Shown here: piece after piece, positions 1-13,364 of the stretch
Layout: each line of letters starts with the position of its first letter
Numbering within the stretch: the first letter of the stretch is position 1
Assembly: GCF_006345805.1 (NCBI RefSeq)
Contig: NW_021835005.1
Coordinates: forward strand, 1 to 43,463
Direction of reading: 5' to 3'
Origin: Octopus sinensis
Lineage: Eukaryota
Length of the DNA: 43,463 nt
Translations under genes and position numbers: made by a program
The notes under the pieces: model-generated
Told to the model about the DNA's origin: nothing
The model's database searches: none
Seen by the model: the letters and a program-made list of their open reading frames with translations, nothing else

Positions 1-462
1 TTTTCGTATCAACCCGTGTTGCTGGATAATTTTTCGTTCTTTAACAATATTGTAGAAGGGAAACTTTTCATAGATTGGAATTTCAATCTTAATCTTTATA
101 GAAATCTATTGTTTCAAGAAAACATAGGATTTCAATTACTTTTAAATTTTACGATTATAAATAACAACACGGGCTGTACCTTCTGAGTCGAAGTCAGGCG
201 CATGTGAACGATGGCACCTCAAAGACTACTGCCAGACTCTGAACGAAAATAAATGAACTACGACCAGGCTCAATAAAAAGAGCCCAAGTTATTGGCTGAA
301 ATTACATACTTGAAGTCAGTGTTGGCAGAAATTAAATCAGCTTGAAAATATACGTTCACTTTACTAAGTAAACACTCGGACTGAGCCCGAACAGCCCGAG
401 TACTGGAGTCGCCACGATATGTATATATTATATATATTAAATATATATATATATAATATACT

Positions 463-627
463 TTATTTAAGCAGCAAAAATTCAATAAAAACCTTTACTC
501 GAAGTTCCCGTTGTGACAGGTTTTGTTGAATTTTCTGCTGCTTTAAATAAGCATATTTGCTATCCACTGGTATTTGAGTACTCTTTTTTCCGCCTTGTTT
601 CACACATTTATGGTGTTACTCCGGTAA
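463..627 (+). mobile_element. Asymmetric inverted-repeat island between (TA)n tracts, probable PLE pLTR relic
   Basis: Arm 463-494 (ttatttaagcagcaaaaattcaataaaaacct) is a near reverse complement of 518-550. The right arm continues as a unique tail to about 627, and both sides are TA microsatellite. Confidence 0.55.
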
Positions 628-669
628 TATATATATATAATATTATATATTTATTTATTATATAATATT

Positions 670-745
<76 letters not shown>

Positions 746-756
746 ATATATATATA

Positions 757-803
<47 letters not shown>
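626..803. repeat. (TA)n microsatellite
   Basis: Direct reading of an imperfect TA run. Confidence 0.95.
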
Positions 804-805
<2 letters not shown>

Positions 806-816
806 TGTGTGCGGAT

Positions 817-971
817 GGCGAAGGAGTGGCTGTGTGGTAAGAAGCTTGCTTCCCAACCAAATGGTTCCGATTCATCCACTGCGTGGCACCTTGAGCAAGT
901 GATTCTACTATAGCTCGGGCCGACCAAAGCCTTATAGTATATTTGTAGACGGAAACTGAAAGAAGCTCGTC

Positions 972-1005
<34 letters not shown>

Positions 1006-1285
1006 AATATATATATATATCTATATATAATATATTATATATATATATTATGTATGTATGATGTATGTATATATGTATGTATGTGTGTATATGTCTATGT
1101 TTTTTATACCTCCACACCGCTTGACAACCGATGCTGGTGTGTTTACGTCCCCGTAACTTAAGAGACCGATAGAATATGTACAAGGCTTACAAAGAATAAG
1201 TCCTGGGGTCAATTTGCTCGACTAAAGGGATTGCTCCAGCATGGCTGCAGTCAAATGGCTGAAACAAGTCAAAGAATAAAAGAAT
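817..1285 (+). mobile_element. tRNA-derived SINE, family A (internal microsatellite)
   Basis: Head tggctgtgtggtaag (A box-like) and ggttccgattca; body gggccgaccaaagcc...ggaaactgaaaga; internal TA/TG repeat; tail gtcaaatggctgaaacaag-aaaaga. Matches 39711-40122 and 20610-21025. Confidence 0.9.
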
Positions 1286-1309
1286 GAAATAATATATAAA
1301 CAATACACA

Positions 1310-1345
<36 letters not shown>

Positions 1346-1986
1346 GTATACAACGCTCTAAAGATCTGCAGAATTTCAGTAATATACATAATTTTGTGGA
1401 GATGCGTTGTACTGAGTTTAAACTCAGGTAAGAAAATTTGGCTTTGCTTCTCAAGTTATTACTGAAAACGTATTTAAACCTTTTTTTCAGATAACTAAAC
1501 GTATTAATTAGCTACTGAGTGAAGTTGAACCATTAATAACACCAGAAGTCTATAGGGTATCACCCGGATCACGAAGCGAAAGCAAAGAAAATAACCACGT
1601 TTATCTGACTTAGTCCACTTTAATCCGTAATTTAATGCAATGGCGTTTATATCCCCCATCAACCTCGCAACGTCAGTGAAGATTCCGTCTCCTCTGTGCG
1701 CAGCATTCCATTACTTCGACTTTCTTATCCTCGAAGCTGATCTGAAAGCAAGAAAGTGCTTCTCTCATAATTTTCAAATTTCTGTATGCTTCAAAAACTC
1801 TAATTGGAAGTTATATTTGGTATTTTTTTAAAATTTATATTTTTAATGCACACACAATAAAGGAATCATACGGTGGTTTGGACACTTGCAATTATTCGAA
1901 TCACGCTTCTGCGAAAACCCGTTTTCATGCTTGGAAAATATTTGAATACATATGTTTATTTCTCTTGTCACGTAATTTTGTTCATA

Positions 1987-2039
<53 letters not shown>

Positions 2040-3949
2040 TGTATATATATATATGTATATTTTTATATACATATAAATACATATTATATAAATATATATA
2101 TATATGTATATATATATATGTATATATATATATTTGTATGTGTGTGTGTGTATCTGTCTTTGTATGATTGTGTATATGTGTGTTGTCTTTGTTTATTACT
2201 TTTTGCAGAAATGGCTTCTTGTTTAGGATTTTCCTTTCATTTATGTGTCAACATTGATGCCGTATTTCGGAATTATCAACATTGGCGCAAAACATTTTGC
2301 TGTTTGGCATGCATTGTTAATATTTACATAATTCCATCATCACCTTTTACTGCTGTCGCAGTTAGAAGGGTGTGTAGAAACGCAATCGTTATTGTTCGTG
2401 TAAAATATTGTTTGCAAACATGTTTATCATACATTAGGCGAATCAAATCTAAAACATTTTATGTGAGAAATCTCAATAGGTGGACTGTATTCGCCTAATA
2501 GACAAACACCAGCACACTCAATTTGGTTTGTGAGTTTCTGTGTCTTTAGTCAACATCCTAAATATAATAACCAAACCTAAAACCCATTGTGAGTTTCAGA
2601 TATTCATGTCGAATATATAAGTATACCATATCCACATTAAAGACGGAAAATTTATTGACGGAAAGCTTCGATTATTGAAAGCAAGCTTTGTTCAGTTTGT
2701 TTCGTCCCGAATCGTGCACGAAGTTTTACTGAAAGAAGTAATCTGTCAGCCAAATAACAAATCCACTGCCAAAATACCCCTAAGGCCAATAAAAGAAACC
2801 AAGTTCCACTGCATTGACTAAATCCTAATAACAATCAAACTAATATTCTATTACCTATTGGCTACTGTTGTGTCCGACATGAAGTATTGTTAACTATTGC
2901 TACTTAACAGTAAAGCACAACCACACTCTGGCTTTGATCTTTAATCTCCAACCCTTTCCAACAACTCACGCAATTTTTCTTTCAGATGTTAACTCAGATA
3001 ATACTTTTATGTTAATTCTACTTCGGCCTGGCGATATTTTATAATTGGTTGGTGATATTTTAGAACTGATTGCAAAGTAATCACTTTTGTTATCACCACA
3101 CTAATTAAAGAACCGATTCAAATGTGCAATTAAATGTGACACTCATCGAATGTACTGCATACTCGTCCATCTACATTTTCCCTTGATACAGTTTATTTCT
3201 GCCTACAGCATGTATAAATCTGAACTCGATGTCTTGCTATGATACACTCTGGCCCTGTTTCTCATTATTACTGATTTCTTAGTTTACTAAGATAAGCTCT
3301 CTTGTAGAATTCTCAATTTCTTTCCAGTTCACGCATTCCCATCTTATATTGATTCCTTACAAGCGAACTAAACTAAAGAATTACAAGGAAAATAGCGGAG
3401 TGTGACGTTTATGTTACCTTTTCGAGAAAATTAACAATTCAGGGAAGTAAATGGCCTCTAACTAGAAATCCAAACCGCGTTGCCATTATCGAGAGATTTG
3501 AGTCTTATAACAACAATAATTGTCTCCTAAACATGAATTAGGTTTCTGGATTTTGAGAGGATAGTAATTGAAACGCAGGGCTGCTAACGCCTTTCCTATG
3601 TAACCTAAATCAGAAACAGCTTTAGTTCGCTAGAAAGATTAGCTTTAATACATGCTGCTGACAACATAATGCTAAATATTTATTCTACGAAAGTGATAAA
3701 CAGTGAAAAGTGAATGTATACATTTATTTACTTTAGAATAATATTTCTCCACGTTTTATCTAGATAAGTACGCCGCTGAACGATTGAGTTCCTTTATGAG
3801 GCTTCACTGTGCTCTTGCGCAAACGTTTTACTTAATATAAGTGAATCTCATCTGCGCTAAAGAGGAATGGAAATTGGGTGTCAAAAAAAGACGCAAACTT
3901 ACATTCTGTCTATGATGTTTTAACGATGAATTAAAAAACTTTTTAAATA

Positions 3950-4319
3950 TTCTTTTCTACTCTAGGAACAAGGCCCGAAATTTTTGGTGAGGGGACAAGT
4001 CGATTAGATCGACACAAGTACGCAACTGGTACTTCGAAAGAATGACAGGTAAAGTCGAGCTTGGCGGAATTTGAACTCAGAACGTAAAGACAGACGAAAT
4101 ACCTATTTCTTTGCTGCTCACAAGAGGCTAAACACAGAGGGGACAAACAACGACAGACAAACGGATTAAGTCGATTATATCGACTCCAATGCGTAACTGG
4201 TACTTATTTAATCGACCCCGAAAGGATGAAAGGCAAAGTCGACATCGGCGGAATTTGAACTCAGAATGTAGCGGCAGACAAAATCTCGCCCGGCGTGCTA
4301 ACGTTTCTGCCAACTCACT

Positions 4320-4322
<3 letters not shown>
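3950..4322 (-). mobile_element. SINE family B, two-module form (tail-1 module followed by tail-2 module)
   Basis: Head ggcagaaacgttagcacgccgggc on the minus strand; B box gagttcaaattcc appears twice; junction gacgaaatacctatttc at about 4095-4110. Confidence 0.88.
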
Positions 4323-4358
<36 letters not shown>

Positions 4359-5429
4359 GTTCTCTTGTGGTCAATTTCTTAGAAACTTATAGAATGAAAG
4401 AAATGCAAATGGTAACAAACATGGCGTTGAAGATATTTGGAAGAGTGATTGGTATCGATGGCAACAAAAAATTGAAACTGTCTCGCCACCTCAACTTAAA
4501 GGTCACTCCTTCATTCAGCGACACTCTGCAAAGAAGCGACGCAAATATTGAATTTTTGTAATATTCATTTCGATCTGTAACCTAGCGGAAGTAGGTTTAT
4601 GAAGAATTAGTAGAGAATTTTTGACAACTATTTAACACATTGATTATCGATAATTTAATATATTGTTTTCAACAATTTAACATTGTTTTCAACAATTCGG
4701 CATAGCGGGAATTTTCGACATTGTGCTATGCTTGTAAGAATAAAATGCTGCGCAATCTAATTACTATTGGAAACACCAGCTGTACTCAGCGCTATTTCTC
4801 GCTTGTTTTAAATAGTTTGTTATATAACATAAGTCATATCACCAATCGTAATTTACTTTCTGAATGTTATTGGGAATTGACACGACAGTATTTCGCAAAA
4901 AATTTTCCAACCAACAACAACCAAAGCGTTTTATAATGTTTCTATACTCAATTGAATTCATTGGATTACGGTTCTAATATTAGTGAGAACCAAAGTAGTA
5001 GAGACATCATGTCTTCAGCCATAGGGAAATCTACCTGTCTAGCAGTTTGGTCTTCTCTAAAGAAAATGACGACAAACCAGCGATATACAGCGTCCGGGTA
5101 TTGTAAAACAGCAGAAATGGCGCTAATTTGGAGGCTCCATCTTGGAGTTGTTGGGTATCAAATACTAAACTTCAATTCATTTTCTACTCCTTTCTTACAC
5201 TTCCTTTTCTTCAGAAAAAATTTTCTTATTGCACTCACATCCTCCCTCTCATCTCCCTCCTTTTCTCTTTTTTTTTAAAACTATTTTTTATCTCTCTTCG
5301 TTTCCTTGTATTATTATTCTTGCATTCTCATTCGTTTTCTTCTCTTCCTCCTATTCTTTTCTTCCTCCTTGTTTTTCTCTTCTTTTTCCTTCTCTCCCTT
5401 CTCCGCCTCTTCCGCCTTCCCTTCTTCTT

Positions 5430-5810
5430 GTTTTGATTTCTATCTACAGGAATATTTTCCCTGATGAGACGAATGGGTCCCTTAAGAGGTCCATAACGTC
5501 GAAATTGCAATAGGGAATTAGCCAATTATTTTCAAGTTATAGATACTAATTTCTATGTCAACCGAAAAGAGTTTTTATCGTGTGGAGAAATAATATGAGT
5601 GATATAACAGCTTTATTGCGGTTTTGGCTGCTATTTTTAAAATGTAAGGGTCTTTTTAACCCTCTTCGTTATAATTGTGACTTGTTCATAATCATAAACG
5701 TTTTTCTTCTTTGTATTTTATGATAACATGTTTTGCCACTTGGCATATTCATAAATAATCTTCATTATCTATAATATATCATCCGTAACGTTTATACATT
5801 ACTTTCCACT
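5430..5810 (+). mobile_element. HHR-bearing repeat, probable PLE pLTR
   Basis: About 290 bp homologous to 17375-17646, contains a hammerhead, and runs into (TA)n at about 5810. Confidence 0.7.
5456..5517 (+). ncRNA. Type I hammerhead ribozyme, canonical core
   Basis: Stem I tttcc/gggaa; CUGAUGA 5461-5467; stem II GACG/CGUC; GAAA 5501-5504; palindromic stem III AUUGCAAU; AUA triplet with predicted cleavage after 5512. Confidence 0.88.
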
Positions 5811-5901
5811 TATATATATATATATAATATATATATATATATAGATATATATACATATATATATATATATATGTATGGATATATGTGTATATATATATGT
5901 G

Positions 5902-5932
<31 letters not shown>

Positions 5933-6059
5933 GTAATATATATATATAAGTACATATATATATATATATGTATATATATATAACATATATATATATGTAT
6001 ATAATATATTAAATATATATATATATATATTATATATATATATATATATATTATATATG

Positions 6060-6090
<31 letters not shown>

Positions 6091-6102
6091 ATATATATGT
6101 AT

Positions 6103-6160
<58 letters not shown>
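5810..6160. repeat. Imperfect (TA)n microsatellite
   Basis: Direct reading. Confidence 0.95.
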
Positions 6161-6161
<1 letters not shown>

Positions 6162-6484
6162 AGCCGAATAAGAAGTAGAAAGTCCTTGGAACAATATTAT
6201 ATATTTGACAAGATAAAAAGATAATAGAAATGGTTTTTCTGATAATTTTTCCATTTTAATAATTAGATGTTTATGAACATCTATTTATTTAAGTGAAAAA
6301 TTATGTGAAAAGTTATTTCTATTCATTTTTTCACACTCACACATACTCACATACACACACACACACTCACACACAAACATACACGCAAACACATATGTTG
6401 GTATGTGTATGTGTGTGTGTGTGTGTGTGAGTGTGTGCGTGTATATATATATATATATAGATATATATACATATATATATATAT

Positions 6485-6541
<57 letters not shown>

Positions 6542-6699
6542 ATGTAATAATACATCTTTGATGCCTCTCTAATGTCTAAAACCACAAATATTACGCGATT
6601 TTTCGTATAGAATTTTCGCATAAACTGGCGTTGCAAATGGAAATGGTACGGAAACATTTCTAACTTATAATTAAAGATGTTATAGAATTTTCTTTATCT

Positions 6700-7000
6700 T
6701 AGAAACCTACCCTTCCAGGTACAAGTCCGGGCAAGGTTGTTTTTGTGGAAGACCAGCAGTCGCCCATGCATACCGGCCTCCCCTCTCCACGCCACCGGTG
6801 TTATCCAAGGGAAAGGCAAAGGGGCCGATACAGCTTGGCTCCTGTGACGTCGCAACTCATTTCTACAGCTGAGTGAACTGGAGCAACGTGAAATAAAGTG
6901 TCTTGCTAAAGAACACAACATTCAGCCCGGTCCGGGATTCGAGCTCACAGCCTCACGATCGTAAGCTCGACGCTCTAACCACTGAGCCATGCGCCTTCAC
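6700..7000 (-). mobile_element. tRNA-derived SINE, family C
   Basis: Minus strand starts gtgaaggcgcatggctcagtggttagagcg (A box) and has gagctcgaatccc (B box). Second copy at 10931-11267. Confidence 0.9.
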
Positions 7001-7060
7001 ACACACACGCACACGTACAATCATGCACGCATATGTACGTATGTATGTATGTATATATAA

Positions 7061-7093
<33 letters not shown>

Positions 7094-7233
7094 TGTGTGT
7101 GTGTACGTGTACACATAAGTTGAAGACAAAAATACCGTCATAATAATTTTAATGATGTTGCACTTAGAGACGATCTGAAATATTCAGTTGAGGCTAACTG
7201 TGACATTTATCTTTATCCAGTGTACACACACAG

Positions 7234-7293
<60 letters not shown>

Positions 7294-7910
7294 ATATCAG
7301 AAAGTTAGTTTATTCATACCATTTCTTTATCTTGCTATGTTTTAGGTTCACTTTAGCTCCGTTTACATTGACGCATTTTCCTGCAGAAAGACAGGAAGTC
7401 GATGATATACGAGCGCAATCATATTGACATCTTGTGAATTTATTCTACTTTTCGCTTGAGAATCATTTCCATTTCCTTTCGATGAATGTTTTAAAAGCTG
7501 ATAGTTCTGGAACAAATTTAGAATATTTATTTAGAAAAACCCGATGTATTTTGCAGAGAATAAAATTGGCCATGTATGTTTCAAGTGTTAGTGTTTCTTA
7601 TGAATACAGAACCCACCCCCACCCAAAAAACTTGGCATATACAAGCATTTAGTGGTTTCCTCAGCTAGTACTCAAATTTCCTGCTTTTTCTCGTTCGTTC
7701 AGGCAAATTACGTTTTCGAAAACAATTTAAATACACAGGTGGGAATGGACACATCAGGTAAAATAAATTATCTCAGGTCATTAATCTTTTTCTTTTTAAG
7801 AAAAATTTACCTCGTCAAATTACATCATGTATTCATAAATTGCACCTTCTATAAACTTGCTTGCTTTTATTATTTAATGCCATAAATGGTAAAACATAAT
7901 CCGCGGTATA

Positions 7911-8299
7911 GAGGAAGCACTCCGTCGGTTACGACGATGAGGGTTCCAGTTGATCCGAATCAACGGAACAGTCTGCTCGTGAAATTAACGTGTAAGTGGC
8001 TGAGCACTCCACAGACACGTGTACCCTTAACGTAGTTCTCGGGGATATTCAGCGTGACACAGAGAGTGACAAGGCCGGCCCTTTGAAATACGGGTACAAC
8101 AAAAACAGGAAGTAAGAGTGAGAGAAAGTTGTGGTGAAAGAGTACAGCAGGGATCACCACCATCCCCTGCCGGAGCCTCGTGGAGCTTTTTAGGTGTTTT
8201 CGCTCAATAAACACTCACAATGCCTGGTCTGGGAATCGAAACCGCGATCCTACGACCGCGAGTCCGCTGCCCTAACCACTGGGCCATTGCGCCTCCACT
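7911..8299 (-). mobile_element. tRNA-derived SINE, family D, with 12-bp TSD
   Basis: Minus strand tggcccagtggttagg (A box) and ggtttcgattccc (B box). TSD atccgcggtata at 7899-7910 and 8300-8311. Confidence 0.9.
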
Positions 8300-9679
8300 A
8301 TCCGCGGTATATACACATCTCGACAGTTGGTCAGTAAGAGGGAGATGAGGTAGATTCTTACACAACACGTTCGAACAACCAGTTTCGATTCTTCGCGTTG
8401 TCTTCAGTTATGGATTCTGGAACCTTTAACGTATGGAGCACACTAATGATAATGCCAAGCATTTGCATAAATCTAACCAATTATAATGGACACGAAGGAA
8501 CATAATCGAATGTGCTTCATGAGTCATACTAGTTTTGTCGGTCAGAGGAAATTAAATACAAGGTTGGATTTTAGGATTTCAGCTGTGCTTATTCAGAAAA
8601 TGAAAACATAAGGAAGTATTTGATTGAATGGATGTGCAAAAATAACTTTGAATAAATAGAAATATTTAATTGTTTATATAAAAGGAGAAACGTACTTTTG
8701 TGTTTATATAAATAGATAAAAATAACGATGCAATTTAGTCATATAAATTGAAGATATCTCAAACAAATCATAGGACGTCATCCACGCTCAAATACTACAA
8801 TGTGAAATAAGAAGAAAGAGGCAAAGAAAGAAAGAAAGAAAGTACAATAGAAAGTAAGAAACAAATAACAGTTGAATGGCCGAATAAGGAGGAAAAAAAA
8901 AGAGAAAACTACGGTATTCTTAAGAGAAAATATCGTTGATTGTTAAAACGTGTTCGAAAATGAATATTAGTTCCTAAGACTATGTTAAACGGTCAAAAAC
9001 AATTTGCAACTCGACCGATTCGGAAGAAATAGGTAAACAGAATGTAAATAGCTGAGTAAAATCAATGATTAATTTGGAAACGGTCCGAAAATTCTTGTGA
9101 ATTTTCCTATGGCAGGTCTACCATAGGAAAATTACAGAGCAAGCTTTTCCTATTTTCGTAAACAATTATTCATCATGTCATTTAAAGAACTTAAGTTGTT
9201 TTTGTTCTGCCGTAATGTACTCTTTGCTGTTAAATGATAACAAATCGACTTCGTGAGTTTAAGCTGGTGCGATAGGGAAAGGTGGGCCATTCTATATTAA
9301 AAGTACTCTTAGTATTTTTGCCATAATCACCAAATATGTATCGAACGTACGTTATGAAGTTTCCTGTTTTGGCCAATGAATACTTATGCAAGTAAAATAA
9401 AATCTTAAATTATCGTATGTAGACCCGATGTAAAATTTCATCCGTGAACTATCGTTGAATACCATTTTGTTACAGCACATTAACAAACTGGCGATGGAAT
9501 TTCTATTAAGCAAGAAATCACAAAAGCTCCTCCAATTCCTGAAAAATATCGAAAAAATTACAAGAGAATTAATAACGATAATGATAATTAAATAATTAGT
9601 ATCCTAAGTTGAGAGGTCAGGGAGAAATCAGCGTAAATTTGAGGTACACTAAATTGTCGTAATATCTATCATGTAGGTA

Positions 9680-9770
9680 TGCCGGGCGAAATGCTTAGCG
9701 GTGTTTCGTCTGTCCTCACGTTCTGAGCTCAAATTCCACCGAGGTCGACTTTGTCTTTCAACCTTTCGGT
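9680..9770 (+). mobile_element. SINE family B fragment
   Basis: gccgggcgaaatgcttagcgg...gaggtcgactttgtctttcaacctttcgg matches the other B copies. Confidence 0.8.
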
Positions 9771-9807
9771 TAATATGTGAGCTTTTACTGTCCCTACACG
9801 ATAGATA

Positions 9808-10384
9808 TTCTTTTCTACTCTAGGCACAAGGCCCTAATTTTTTTTGGGGGGATGGGGTGAGAAGTCGATTAGATCGACCCCAGTATGCAACTGGTACTTA
9901 ATTTATCGACCCCAAAAGGTTAAAAGACAAAGTCGACCTCGGCGGAATTTGAGCTCAGAACAGACAAAACACCTATTTACTACCCACAAGGGGCTAAACA
10001 CAGAGAGGACAAACAAGGACAGACAAACGGATTAAGTCGATTATATGGACCCCAGTGCGTAACTGGTACTTATTTAATCGACCCCGAAAGGATGAAAGGC
10101 AAACTCGACCTCGGCGGAATTTGAAGTCAGAACTTAAAGACATACGAAATAGCTATTTCTTTATTACCCACAAGGGGCTAAACGCAGAGGGGACAAACAG
10201 GAACAGACATAGGTATTAAGTCGATTACATCGACCCCAGTGCGTAACTGGTACTTAATTTATCGACCCCGAAAGGATGAAAGGCAAACTCGACCTCGGCG
10301 GAATTTGAAGTCAGAACGTAAAGACAGACGAAATACCGCTTAGCATTTCACCCGGTGTGCTAACGTTTCTGCCAGCTCGCCGCT
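9808..10384 (-). mobile_element. SINE family B, three-module form
   Basis: One head (to about 10384) and three copies of the gtcgacctcggcggaatttga core. The terminal module carries the alternative tail (ttttctactctaggcacaaggcc on the plus strand). Confidence 0.9.
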
Positions 10385-10930
10385 TTAACTTTAGAAAGAA
10401 TATTAATTCTTGTATTGCTATTTTTATAAGTATTTTATTTTGTCAATAATTGTAGGAGCATAATGTCCCCTCGAAACTTTTATTTCCATCAATATCAGAA
10501 TCACTAATGCTTCCATTGATGCTTTTCTCGGTTCTTCTTCTTTTCTTCTTTTTCTTTGTATTTCCTACTCGAGATGAAGAATGATATGGCTTTCATCGTT
10601 CTTGAAGATTTCTACTTAATATCGAATTTGGGTCAGTTTGAACCATCGAACGTATATTCACATCATATATACACACACATATATATACATATATACATGC
10701 ATCCATACATGCACAAATATATATCTATACGCATGTACATATACGTGTGTGTGTGTGTGCGTATACATTACATATGCATTTACATATATACATTATTTTA
10801 ACAAGACAAAAATTTGATAGTGACTTCGAAGTTTCTGTTTAGTTACCTTTATCAAGATACTCAAAACGTGCGTCTCTCCTAAAATGTTTTGAGTGCCTCG
10901 TCTTCAGCTAGTATTCCATTGTATACGTTT

Positions 10931-11267
10931 GTGACCCCCTTCGGTCACGAATGACTATGGGATTGCACCTAGAAAGTTACCCCTCGAAGCACAAGTTTGA
11001 GCAAGGTTGTTTGTGGAAGACCAGCAGTCGCCCATGCATACCAGCCTCCACTCTCCATGCTACTGATGTTGTCCAAGGGAAAGGCAAACACTGATATACA
11101 GCTTGGCACCTGTGATGTCGCAACTCATTTCTACAGCTGAGTGAACTGGAGCAACGTGAAATAAAGCGTCTTGCTCAAGAACACAACACGCAGCCTGGTC
11201 CAGGGATCGAACTCACAACCTCACGATCGTAAGCTCGACGCTCTAACCACTGAGCCATGCGCCTTCC
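10931..11267 (-). mobile_element. tRNA-derived SINE, family C
   Basis: Homologous to 6700-7000; flanked by a probable TSD ccattgtata. Confidence 0.9.
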
Positions 11268-11514
11268 ATTGTATATATATAAGAATACATTAAAAAAGAA
11301 TCAACTAACACACACACACACACAAAGACACATACGCCCACACCCATACATGCACTCACACACAGATGCCTGCACACACACATGCACTTACACACTCGCG
11401 CACACACAATCACAAATAAAGAATATTCAACCATGAAATGTGGAGTTGGACTCACATGCTCATTGCTTTATATAATCATATATATATATATATACACATA
11501 AATAAATACATGCA

Positions 11515-11569
<55 letters not shown>

Positions 11570-11874
11570 TTATTTATATATATAGATATATCTATATGTA
11601 TGTACATGTATATGTGTTTATATATATTTATAATCCATTGAGAAGAGCCAAAATGCAAAATGGTTGCGGATGATAATAGAATTATCAAAAGCAGTTATGT
11701 ATATTCGAGCTGAGTGAATTATACCATTGTCATTTGTTATCGACTTTGCACTAAGATTTATTGCCTTTTGAACTAGTCATAATAATACAACAGTTACATT
11801 AGATGGAAGCAGAAGAAGAAAATGGAGGGGGGGTAAGAAGCGTAAGAGAAGCGTAAGAGAAACGACAACACCAA

Positions 11875-11978
11875 CACCAACACCAACAACAACAACAGCA
11901 ATAATAATGATGATGATGATGATGATGATGATATTAATAATAATAGTAATAATAATAATAATGATGATGATGATGATG

Positions 11979-12052
<74 letters not shown>

Positions 12053-12068
12053 AATAATAATAATAATA

Positions 12069-12165
<97 letters not shown>

Positions 12166-12185
12166 TGATGATGGTGATGATGATG

Positions 12186-12216
<31 letters not shown>

Positions 12217-12222
12217 TGATGC

Positions 12223-12254
<32 letters not shown>

Positions 12255-12269
12255 ATAATAATAATAATA

Positions 12270-12333
<64 letters not shown>

Positions 12334-12356
12334 TAATAATGATGATGATGATGATG

Positions 12357-12417
<61 letters not shown>

Positions 12418-12435
12418 TGATGATGATGATGATTA

Positions 12436-12468
<33 letters not shown>

Positions 12469-12500
12469 TGATGATGATGATGATGATAATAATAATAATA

Positions 12501-12554
<54 letters not shown>

Positions 12555-12670
12555 GAGTCGGGAAGACACTCGGCAAGAAATGGAAGCAAATTTGAAAGAA
12601 GAAGAAAAAAAAAAAATAATGATGATGATGACGATGATGATGATGATGATAATAATAATAATAATGAAAA
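11875..12670. repeat. Compound (ATG)n/(ATA)n trinucleotide microsatellite
   Basis: Alternating gat and aat blocks; explains the poly-I/M/H/Y ORFs. Confidence 0.95.
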
Positions 12671-13364
12671 TGATCAATAGAACAACACAGAAGACAAGGA
12701 GTAGAATGTAACGGGTGTAAACATCTATTTATACGTATGTATTTCGCGAGATATGTATTTCAAATATGTTGTATATTGTGCAGATCCTATTTTTATCTAT
12801 TCCCAGACTAAATATTCAGACTTGGTCTTCACACTAACGTAGTTTTTCCTGTAAAAACTTGAGGTTACGCAGGAAGTTAGATGTAAAAAAAAAATCCATA
12901 TTAAAGAAGGGATAACTTATACTACAAAAATAGCGAAATATAAAGAAAAAGATATTTAAAAACAAACAAGGAAAAATCATAAAGAAAATGGACCAGAATA
13001 CTTTTTGAATAGTAATATTTTTGGATGATAGTAAATGGCATTTGTCTTTATACACGCGTTTCAAAAGGAAATAAGTGGAATTTTCTCCAAAGAGACATTC
13101 GCTAATCTAAACATGATATTTTCACAAGAGAGAAAAACCCTCGAAAATGAAAAAAATGAAATGGAAAAATAAACGGAGAAAATATAAAAATAAAAGTCAT
13201 TGTTATTAGATGAAGACAGTTGTTCTCGTTGCTGTTTTAATGTTTTAATATGTCTGTTGTTTTTATTCTTTGTGATTTCTGAAGTATCCTCTTCTCTCTG
13301 AATTATGTTCAGTTTTTGTTTTGGTTTGGTTCCGTGTGTGCGTATGGGCGCGCGTATATGTATG

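Noticed and set aside
11-174. Imperfect inverted repeat cccgtgttg/caacacggg, possible MITE
   Set aside because: Too short and degenerate, no TSD seen, and at the window edge.
5128-5525. Hydrophobic or basic ORFs
   Set aside because: Derived from a pyrimidine-rich low-complexity tract.
6925-7000. Possible tRNA gene (also about 8225-8298 and 11195-11267)
   Set aside because: These are tRNA-derived SINE heads continuing into repeat bodies, some with TSDs.
11777-12677. Long ORFs of 199-270 aa
   Set aside because: Translations of a trinucleotide microsatellite.
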